This document shows positions 39,689 through 47,099 of a stretch of 64,000 nucleotides of DNA, in pieces (the stretch's first letter is position 1; each line of letters opens with the position of its first letter). The notes under the pieces are model-generated. The model was not told where the DNA came from. It saw nothing but the letters and a program-made list of their open reading frames with translations, and made no database searches. This DNA is from an uncultured Candidatus Saccharibacteria bacterium. Lineage in GTDB: Bacteria > Patescibacteriota > Minisyncoccia > UBA6257 > WO2-44-18. The DNA lies in the NCBI GenBank assembly GCA_964503795.1, contig CAZDBT010000002.1:17989-81988 (forward strand), read 5' to 3'. The position numbers were made by a program, and so were the translations under genes.

Positions 39689-39723
39689 AAGTTCTTTTTC
39701 AAAAACAAAATAAGGAGGAAACT

Positions 39724-40026
39724 ATGTCGGAAACAGCGCCGAAGGTGCAGTTCACGACGAGTCCGGCTGTTCGAGTTATCGTTCTGGGGGAAGCCGACCC
39801 CGCCAATCGGTCCATCCCCACGTACTATGCCGACGATGGGATAGTTGACCGTTTCTGGCAGTTCATACAGGACGAAAAGATCGATCAGATTTGCCTCTAC
39901 AGCCACGACGAAGCGGAACGTTTTGCGAATTGGGGCGGATTCGACGGTTTTTTCGCTCCTGTAGACATCCCGAAAATCGAGGCCTGGCTTGCTAAGAATG
40001 GAGTCCAGCGCACCGATCAGCTGTAA
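39724..40026 (+). CDS. Hypothetical protein (100 aa)
   Basis: ATG 39724 (MSETAPK) after TAAGGAGG; the ORF-track start at 39649 lies inside the ribozyme. Confidence 0.75.
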   Translation: MSETAPKVQFTTSPAVRVIVLGEADPANRSIPTYYADDGIVDRFWQFIQDEKIDQICLYSHDEAERFANWGGFDGFFAPVDIPKIEAWLAKNGVQRTDQL

Positions 40027-40053
40027 GGTTTCCGGAGGATTTCCTAAAAATCC
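40023..40053 (+). repeat. 31-bp direct repeat, copy 2
   Basis: Identical to 39564-39594; followed by terminator AGCCCCTC-CTCG-GAGGGGCT-TTT. Confidence 0.95.
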
Positions 40054-40082
40054 CCAGCCCCTCCTCGGAGGGGCTTTTCTTT

Positions 40083-40122
40083 CAAACTATTTATCTAGAC
40101 GGCCGTCTAGATAAATAGTTTG
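40083..40122. repeat. 40-bp perfect palindrome
   Basis: CAAACTATTTATCTAGACGG|CCGTCTAGATAAATAGTTTG. Confidence 0.95.
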
Positions 40123-40177
40123 CTTATTTCACGGCTTGATGTTAGAATAGCCAACGGCTCATTTGAGGAGGTAGGCT

Positions 40178-40420
40178 GTGAAACGTCTCAAGTCTGAAGA
40201 GCTGGGCGCGGCGCTGAAGGGCGCCACGATCACTAACTTTTGGGTTGTGAACGGTCGGGAGGTAATGTTGGAAACGACCGCCGGTTCGGTGGTAATGCTC
40301 AATGAAGTGAGTTACGAGCTACTTCCGAAGACCGCGTCCAACACGGCACTGGACTCTCGCGCCGAAACCAGAAAGCTGGAGAAAGCGCCGACACCCTTTG
40401 TTCCCGACAACGGTTGCTAG
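40178..40420 (+). CDS. Hypothetical protein (SD-led accessory unit)
   Basis: TTGCTT-N17-TAGAAT promoter, GAGGAGG SD, GTG start, terminator at 40419-40442. Confidence 0.7.
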   Translation: MKRLKSEELGAALKGATITNFWVVNGREVMLETTAGSVVMLNEVSYELLPKTASNTALDSRAETRKLEKAPTPFVPDNGC

Positions 40421-40452
40421 TCCCCGCAAGGGGACTTTTTTGTTATTTCCTC

Positions 40453-40487
40453 ATACTTTATACTTGATACTGTATACTTAATACTTA
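40453..40487 (+). repeat. Heptamer tandem repeat (ATACT core x5) before the serS start
   Basis: ATACTTT ATACTTG ATACTGT ATACTTA ATACTTA. Confidence 0.88.
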
Positions 40488-40492
40488 TCTCT

Positions 40493-41776
40493 ATGTTAGA
40501 TATCGAACTCGTTCGTAAAAATCCCGATCTAGTAAAAGCAGGGGTCGCTAAAAAGAAAGTGCCGGCCAGCGCCGTGGATTTGCTGTTGGAAAAAGACTTA
40601 AAGTGGCGAGAAGCGGTAAAGAAAATTGAAGACCTGCGCGCTAAGCTGAATCAGTTCAGTAAAGAACGAAATATTGAAGAGGCGAAAAAAGTTAAAGAAG
40701 AAATGAAGGCCGCCGAGCAGTTTTTGCCAGAGTTGGAAAAGGAAAGGAATCTGGCCTGGATAAAACTTCCTAACCTGCCCGCAGATGATGTGCCGGTGGG
40801 ACCGGATGAATCAGGTAACAAACCGATCCGCCAATGGGGCGAGCCGCCGAAGTTCAATTTTGAGCCGAAAGATCATTTAGCTCTTGGAGAAGCGTTAGGA
40901 ATTATTGATACTGAAACCGCCGGAAAAGTTTCCGGTAGCCGTTTTGCATATCTGAAAGGGGATGCGGCGCTTTTGCAAATGGCAATAATCAAGTTCGTGT
41001 TTGATGCGCTTGGCAATGAGAAAGTTCTAAAAAAGATCGCCAACGGTGTTGAGAAAGGCTATTCGCCGAAGCCGTTCATGCCGGTGCTTCCGCCGGTGAT
41101 GATCAAGCCGGAAGTGTTTAAGAGAATGGCGCGTTTGGATCCCGGGCAGGAGGAAGAGCGCTATCATCTTCAAACCGACGACCTTTATCTGGTCGGCAGC
41201 GCCGAGCACACTCTCGGTCCTATGCATATGGACTCTACAATTCAGGAGGACCAACTCCCATTGCGCTATATCGGCTATTCCACCAGCTTCCGCCGCGAGG
41301 CCGGTTCACATGGGAAAGATGTGAAGGGAATTTTGCGGATGCACCAGTTCGATAAATTGGAGATGGAATCATTCACAACTCCGGAAAATTCCCGTAAGGA
41401 ACAGGATTTTATCGTAGGCATTCAGGAATATCTGATGCAGCAATTACAGATACCATATCAGGTAGTTTCGGTTTGCACGGGTGATATGGGTGGCCCGGAT
41501 TATCGGCAGATCGATATTGAAGCCTGGTTGCCCGGTCAAAATAAGTATCGCGAGACCCACACTTCCGACCTGATGACCGACTACCAATCCCGCCGGTTGG
41601 CCACGAAAGTAAAACGCAAAGACGGCAAATCCGAGCTGGTTCACATGAACGACGCCACCGCTTTTGCGATCGGCCGCATCATTATCGCGATCCTGGAAAA
41701 CTACCAGACCAAAGAGGGAACGGTGATGATCCCGAAAGTTCTAAGAAAGTTGGTTGGCAAAAAAGAAATTAAATAA
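40493..41776 (+). CDS. serS: Serine-tRNA ligase
   Basis: MLDI..R.N, FRREAGS.GKD..GI.R.HQF.K.E and LENYQ motifs. Confidence 0.97.
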   Translation: MLDIELVRKNPDLVKAGVAKKKVPASAVDLLLEKDLKWREAVKKIEDLRAKLNQFSKERNIEEAKKVKEEMKAAEQFLPELEKERNLAWIKLPNLPADDVPVGPDESGNKPIRQWGEPPKFNFEPKDHLALGEALGIIDTETAGKVSGSRFAYLKGDAALLQMAIIKFVFDALGNEKVLKKIANGVEKGYSPKPFMPVLPPVMIKPEVFKRMARLDPGQEEERYHLQTDDLYLVGSAEHTLGPMHMDSTIQEDQLPLRYIGYSTSFRREAGSHGKDVKGILRMHQFDKLEMESFTTPENSRKEQDFIVGIQEYLMQQLQIPYQVVSVCTGDMGGPDYRQIDIEAWLPGQNKYRETHTSDLMTDYQSRRLATKVKRKDGKSELVHMNDATAFAIGRIIIAILENYQTKEGTVMIPKVLRKLVGKKEIK

Positions 41777-41804
41777 AAAAATCCCGCCGAAAGGCGGGAT
41801 TTTT
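41775..41804. terminator. Bidirectional terminator
   Basis: AAAAATCCCGCC-GAAA-GGCGGGATTTTT. Confidence 0.9.
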
Positions 41805-42318
41805 AGTGGAACAGATAATGTCCGGTGATGATGAAGACCAGAGAAAAGGCGTTACTCGCGGAATGGAACATCCACGAGTAGAACGGATTTTTTGTCCGGA
41901 AGATCAGCCACCCCCAGATCAAACCGTAGGCAAACACTGCAACCGGGTAGTCGTGCGGTTTTGCCCAGAGCGCTGTGGCAAAGACCATCGGAACAGCGGT
42001 TGCTATGTGAGCTGCCCAGATGATCCTCTTATCCGGAGTTTTGGAAAAACAACGGAATAATACTAGCAGAATGATCAGGGCCGCCCAGTAAGGCCAGCGG
42101 CAGCTAAGTTCTTCCTTGGCCGGTATGATCACGACGAAATTATAAACATCCGATCGGGACTGCAATACTTCGTTGTAATACCTGGAAACCACCTCGTGGT
42201 AATCGGGCGGGTTAGGCAGTAGCCACTGATTGGCCGCGGCCAGCAGGGTCGCCGGGAACATGAGTATTGCCGCTTGAAATATCGGATGGATCTTTTTGAA
42301 TCTTTCCCAGAGCGTCAT
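41803..42318 (-). CDS. CPBP/Abi (CAAX protease-like) intramembrane protease
   Basis: P..EE...R, ...H and H...N motifs (PAKEELSCR, WAKPH, FHSASN). Confidence 0.7.
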   Translation of the reverse strand: MTLWERFKKIHPIFQAAILMFPATLLAAANQWLLPNPPDYHEVVSRYYNEVLQSRSDVYNFVVIIPAKEELSCRWPYWAALIILLVLFRCFSKTPDKRIIWAAHIATAVPMVFATALWAKPHDYPVAVFAYGLIWGWLIFRTKNPFYSWMFHSASNAFSLVFIITGHYLFH

Positions 42319-42911
42319 GAGGCGCCGCCCTTTTTAAAACACCATTCCCAAATTGCCCGGTAGGCGATCCAGGCGTCCGTTCCCAGACCACAGAATTTCA
42401 ACGGGATCAGCAGATTGGAAAGTTCGGTAAAAATTACCATACCGAAAGCGATCATAAGGTAAGTAGGCACCGGAATAGCGAATAATTTCCAGGAGGCGTA
42501 ATATACGCCAAAAATGAAACCGCAGATCGCCAGCACGGTCAACGGACCGGCAATAGCCACAATGAATTGTTCTTTCGGATGGCGGTGGCGGTAGTAAAAA
42601 GCTTCCGGATTGTCTTTCTCTTTCATCTCGTCAGCCAGCTCTCCCAGTCCGCGGGACTCCGCCTTGAAGCAGGGGATTCCCAGGATCACCTTCGTGCCAT
42701 TTTTGAGAACTTGAGAATAAAGGCTGAAGATCCCGATCTGGAAAAAAACGACCCGAATACCGAACTTTCTCTGGAAGTAGTAATGCCCGAATTCGTGGAT
42801 GATCATTTCGACGATCACGAAGAAGGAGAAATAAATTACCAGCGACGGCCAAAACTCTTTCTGGTGTTCCAAAACCCATGGCCCGATCTGGTCCAGTAGG
42901 TGGTCCAGCAT
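42315..42911 (-). CDS. Site-2 protease (peptidase M50) family protein
   Basis: HEFGH, F.IG, IAGP and NLLIP....TDA motifs. Confidence 0.85.
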   Translation of the reverse strand: MLDHLLDQIGPWVLEHQKEFWPSLVIYFSFFVIVEMIIHEFGHYYFQRKFGIRVVFFQIGIFSLYSQVLKNGTKVILGIPCFKAESRGLGELADEMKEKDNPEAFYYRHRHPKEQFIVAIAGPLTVLAICGFIFGVYYASWKLFAIPVPTYLMIAFGMVIFTELSNLLIPLKFCGLGTDAWIAYRAIWEWCFKKGGAS

Positions 42912-43019
42912 AAGCCCTCCGCTCTTTTTATTTCAACGAAACTAGAATGATTTTATAACAAACCTTTCCAAAAGGCAATTTTTGTGGTAGATTAAGAGGG
43001 ATTTAAGCTCTAACTCCTT

Positions 43020-44129
43020 ATGTTTAAGACCTGGATAGAAATAAGCCGGAAAGCCGTTCAGCATAATCTGAAAACCTTCCGGAGTTTGATTGGCTCCAAA
43101 ACCAAGCTTTTTGCGGTGGTGAAATCTAACGCCTATGGGCACGGCTTAGTAACTTTTTCTAAGATCGCTGATTCTTTGGGAGTAGACGGTTTTTGTGTGG
43201 ATAGCGTGGTTGAAGGCGCGCGTTTGCGAGAAGAGGGAATTGAAAAGCCGATTTTAGTACTTGGTCCGACTTTCAAAAATCTTTTGAAATCTGCGGCAGA
43301 GAACGATATTACGATTACCATTTCCAGTCCGGAAGCTTTGCAAGAGTTAAAAGCATCAAAGTTTCATCCGGAATTTCATTTGAAGATAGACACCGGTATG
43401 CATCGCCAGGGTTTTTATGCGAAAGATCTGCCGGCGGCGCTGAAATTAATGAACGATGAATTAAAAGCTGACTGCTCCGGCGTCTATACCCATTTTGCTT
43501 CTGCTAAAGATATTAATTACCCAACGTTCACCGATCAGCAATTTTCCGAATTCCAGAAGGCCGTGAAAATTTTGGAAAAAGCCGGCTTGAAGAACCTTCT
43601 TCGTCATGTGGCGGCGACCGGTGGGACTTTAGTGAATAAAAAATATCACCTGGACGCGGTCCGGATTGGCATCGGACTTTACGGTTTGTGGCCATCCACT
43701 GAATTGGGAATTCAGATGGAGAAAATTAAATTGGAACCGGTTTTATCCTGGCGCGCGCTGATCAGCGAGGTGAAAGAAGTTGAAGCGGGAGATTTTATTG
43801 GTTACGACCTTACCGAGCGATTGGCGAAGAGATCAAAAATTGCCGTGATCCCGATCGGTTATTGGCACGGTTATCCGCGCTCACTTTCGGGCGTCGGCGA
43901 GGTTTTAGTTAATGGTCAACGGGCTAGGGTTTTAGGCCGGGTTTCCATGGATATGATCGTAGTGGACGTGACCGGCATCGCCATAAAAAGAGGGGACGTG
44001 GCCACTTTGATCGGCCGTCAGAAGGCGGATGAGATGAGCGCTTATGAAGTGGCCCGCCGCGCCGGCGGAGCTAGTTATTATGAGCTACTGACTCGGATCA
44101 ATCCCTTAGTTGAGCGCGTAGTTAACTAA
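43020..44129 (+). CDS. alr: Alanine racemase
   Basis: AVVKSNAYGHG, KIDTGMHR, RIGIGLYG and GRVSMD motifs. Confidence 0.96.
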   Translation: MFKTWIEISRKAVQHNLKTFRSLIGSKTKLFAVVKSNAYGHGLVTFSKIADSLGVDGFCVDSVVEGARLREEGIEKPILVLGPTFKNLLKSAAENDITITISSPEALQELKASKFHPEFHLKIDTGMHRQGFYAKDLPAALKLMNDELKADCSGVYTHFASAKDINYPTFTDQQFSEFQKAVKILEKAGLKNLLRHVAATGGTLVNKKYHLDAVRIGIGLYGLWPSTELGIQMEKIKLEPVLSWRALISEVKEVEAGDFIGYDLTERLAKRSKIAVIPIGYWHGYPRSLSGVGEVLVNGQRARVLGRVSMDMIVVDVTGIAIKRGDVATLIGRQKADEMSAYEVARRAGGASYYELLTRINPLVERVVN

Positions 44130-44866
44130 TGGCGATCTTTTTATCCAAGGCACAAAAACGCAGATATTACCGCCGGTTACGGCTGAAAGTTTATGCCTAT
44201 AGCGGCTTGTTGGCCCTGCTGTTAACCGGATCCGCTTATTTGTTATTGAATTTCCCATTTTTCCATATTAAAAAGTTTGACGTTTCCGGCTCGGTTGATT
44301 TTGATCAGATCCGCGGTGAACTACTGAAGGGCGACCTGGCGCGCCTGTTGGGGTTCTCCAATTTTCTTTCTTGGCCGTCGCGAGTTTCCGGATTGAATGT
44401 GGAAAAAGATTTTTTTACCGGCACTTTGCGTGTTGTGGCGGCGCCAACCGATCGATTCGCGATCTGGTGTGGAAAGGACTGCTATTGGGTAGATCGCTCC
44501 GGTCAGTTGATAGAAAAAGCTCCCGATACCGAAGGTTCGGCGATCGCGAAAGTTACCGACTTATCGGAACAGAATCTGAAGATCGGATCTTTAGTAACTT
44601 CGGCAGATTCTTTTGTGAACATTACAAAGATTATGGATGGTTTGAGCGAACTTGGTCTGGGAATTAGTGATTATCGCTTTGATTCTCGTCTTCAGGAGCT
44701 GCGCGCTTATAGTGTCCGTGGAGAAAAACTTATTTTCAGTCTGCGCTTCATCCCGTCAGCTAAGCTATTTTCTTATCTGAAAGACCTGGTTGATTCCGGT
44801 AAACTTCACACCGCCGAGTATATAGATTTCACCGTAGAGAACCGGATCTATCTTAAGTCTCGCTAG
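44129..44866 (+). CDS. Divergent FtsQ/DivIB-like protein
   Basis: Basic N-tail, one TM, F.IK.F.VSG POTRA start, C-terminal EYIDF...NRIY.K. Confidence 0.6.
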   Translation: MAIFLSKAQKRRYYRRLRLKVYAYSGLLALLLTGSAYLLLNFPFFHIKKFDVSGSVDFDQIRGELLKGDLARLLGFSNFLSWPSRVSGLNVEKDFFTGTLRVVAAPTDRFAIWCGKDCYWVDRSGQLIEKAPDTEGSAIAKVTDLSEQNLKIGSLVTSADSFVNITKIMDGLSELGLGISDYRFDSRLQELRAYSVRGEKLIFSLRFIPSAKLFSYLKDLVDSGKLHTAEYIDFTVENRIYLKSR

Positions 44867-46683
44867 TTCAATTTATAAATAAATATAGAAGTCCCGGCGC
44901 GGGCAAATGTCCGCCAGCTGGCGGAGGCGGTCAGCCACTCGTATTTATCCTCTGCGTTCGGAGCTTGCTTGGCATTGGCGAGTTCGGTGGCGGATACGGC
45001 GAGCCAGTGGATGCCGACGTTGCTGGGGTCGCCTTTGGCCGACCGCCATTCCTCCGCTAAAGCTACCGTTCTCACATCCCCGCTACCATAATAATCAACG
45101 GCGATCTTATCGCCATCCGGTAAATTCGTTTCGGTCCAGGTTTTTAATCGATTTAGGTCTTGGCCAAGGTCGTAATCCGGGCCGGTGAGATATTGATAGC
45201 CGTTTTTCGTTCCGCCGGCGAGCAGGTTGGCGAATGATAGAAAATGCGGATAGGCGATCAGTGGAGTTATGAAAGAGGCGACGACTAGGATTGCCAGCAC
45301 CGCCGATTTCAAAGAGAGCTGAAGAAACTCTTCATACACAAGGAAAATTTTTATAACTAAGTTCTTGGCGTTAGTCAGTTCGGTTCCGGCAGACCATTTT
45401 TTTATTCCACTACCGACCAAAATAAATAAGAAGGGAAGTGTGGGCAGTATTTTTTCAAAGCCCGTCGCGCCCAGCGCCAATCCACCCGCCCAGTACAATA
45501 AAATAAAAATTAGTATCGCGAATTCGGTAAAGCTGGTATTTAGATAATCGGAGAAATTTTTGGCGCGGCGGCGAATCATATTCCAAGTGGCTTTGCCGGC
45601 GTTTATCAGTGAGAAAATAGCGGAGATCAGTATCAACGCTAGAACTGCCAAGGGAGTTTTCAGGATCGCGCTAAGGATCAGCGAGTACCAAACAGTTGTA
45701 GATTCCACCGGCCAGTTAAGCGTGATTCCCAAAATGTATTGTCCGATGGCGCGCAGGAAGGGAATGCCGGAAAGTTGGACCACGAAGTCGCCCAGCCATT
45801 TTGGACTGAAAGATCCAAGAAGAAAGGCGGTGTCGGACTGCTGTTTCTCTATCGGATAACCCAAGGTGAAGAGCGCGTAAAATCCAAATACCAATAATAG
45901 GCCGATCACGAAAATTACTAACAGAGATCGTAAATAGCGTTCGGCGCGCAGGAAAAATCGGCGGAAGCGATTTTCCGGTTGAGTCATTTCCCAGTCACGC
46001 CAGAGATTTGCCAGATAGAAAATGGTAAGAACCAATATAAAAAATGGAACTAGGATCAGCGCAGAGAAGCTGACGAGTTGGGCGAGGCCGAATGATAGTC
46101 CCGAAAGAAAAAGGTACTTTTTCGATGGGTGGGTCAAGAAATTCAAAAATGAGATGATTGCCAAGAAAATAGAAAGAGCAGTTGCGGCGGAAGCGATAGC
46201 GTAATGGCCGTGAGCAAGCACTACGGGCGAGAAGGCAAAAAGAAAAGCGGGCAGTAGCGCCCACCATTTGCCGATCAGTTCCTTGGCCAAGAAATAAATT
46301 GCAATTATTAAAAGCAGGGTCAGAATGATCGGCGCGATACGGGCGGAATTAATCATCCGTCCAGCGTCATTACCGGACTCATATAAAAATTGCTGGCCGA
46401 CGGAATCGGCATTGTTGATGTCGCGTTGCCAGTTGAGACTGGCCGTTGGGAAGCTAACTTTCTGGATTAAAAGTGGTAGGGCCGACAGCGCCTTGGCCAG
46501 CGGCGGTTGAGCGGGGTCGAGCCGATAGTCCAGATAGCGGAGATAGCCGTAACCGGAGGCTAAATTAGCCGGTTCAGAGGCTATTGGAGAGTCACCAAGC
46601 GAGCTTTTGACCATTAAAACTCCGGCCATAAATACAATGAAAGAGAGTATGAGTAGTCTGGCCAGGGTAGATAAGTGCCTCAT
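44863..46683 (-). CDS. ArnT/PMT-like GT-C glycosyltransferase
   Basis: PPLAK, LAHGH and D.GQDL.RL motifs; many TM segments; the usual DE acidic motif appears as SE. Confidence 0.75.
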   Translation of the reverse strand: MRHLSTLARLLILSFIVFMAGVLMVKSSLGDSPIASEPANLASGYGYLRYLDYRLDPAQPPLAKALSALPLLIQKVSFPTASLNWQRDINNADSVGQQFLYESGNDAGRMINSARIAPIILTLLLIIAIYFLAKELIGKWWALLPAFLFAFSPVVLAHGHYAIASAATALSIFLAIISFLNFLTHPSKKYLFLSGLSFGLAQLVSFSALILVPFFILVLTIFYLANLWRDWEMTQPENRFRRFFLRAERYLRSLLVIFVIGLLLVFGFYALFTLGYPIEKQQSDTAFLLGSFSPKWLGDFVVQLSGIPFLRAIGQYILGITLNWPVESTTVWYSLILSAILKTPLAVLALILISAIFSLINAGKATWNMIRRRAKNFSDYLNTSFTEFAILIFILLYWAGGLALGATGFEKILPTLPFLFILVGSGIKKWSAGTELTNAKNLVIKIFLVYEEFLQLSLKSAVLAILVVASFITPLIAYPHFLSFANLLAGGTKNGYQYLTGPDYDLGQDLNRLKTWTETNLPDGDKIAVDYYGSGDVRTVALAEEWRSAKGDPSNVGIHWLAVSATELANAKQAPNAEDKYEWLTASASWRTFARAGTSIFIYKLN

Positions 46684-46713
46684 TTATCTTTATTATACTA
46701 TCAATACTTACTC

Positions 46714-47064
46714 ATGTCTTTTGTGAAGTTTCCCAAGAACGACAAGAATTTTAAGTGGACTCAGCATATTAAAGATAAGATGCTTTTTTATGGAATTTCC
46801 GAGCAAAAAATAAAAACTATTTTAAAAAATCCCGACCGGAAAGAGGAGGGGATCGCTGAAGGCACTTTAGCCGTGATGAAGCGCAACGACACACCGAAGC
46901 GGAAACAGGAGATCTGGTTGATGTATCTGGCCGGTAAGGGCGCTAAGACAATGATCTCCACCTGGCGCTACCCCGGCAAGAGTAAGCCCGGAAAACGACT
47001 ACCGATCTCGGATGAACTGCTTCAAGAGATCAAGGAATCCTGGTTTGAGAAAGAAAAGGCGTGA
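46714..47064 (+). CDS. Conserved hypothetical protein (DUF4258-like)
   Basis: WT.H...KM..YG.SE, P.R.EEGI, EIW.MY and ISTWRYPG motifs; start ATG 46714. Confidence 0.65.
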   Translation: MSFVKFPKNDKNFKWTQHIKDKMLFYGISEQKIKTILKNPDRKEEGIAEGTLAVMKRNDTPKRKQEIWLMYLAGKGAKTMISTWRYPGKSKPGKRLPISDELLQEIKESWFEKEKA

Positions 47065-47099
47065 AGAAAAAGCCCCCGCTGAACGGGGGCTTAGTTTCG

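Noticed and set aside
39564-40053. 31-bp repeats as a CRISPR array
   Set aside because: Only two copies, separated by 428 bp containing a gene, and no cas genes nearby. The PD-(D/E)XK gene is 16 kb away with no CRISPR context.
39183-40442. Prophage or integron interpretation of the small-ORF cluster
   Set aside because: No integrase, structural genes or attC-like RYYYAAC/GTTRRRY sites were recognised.
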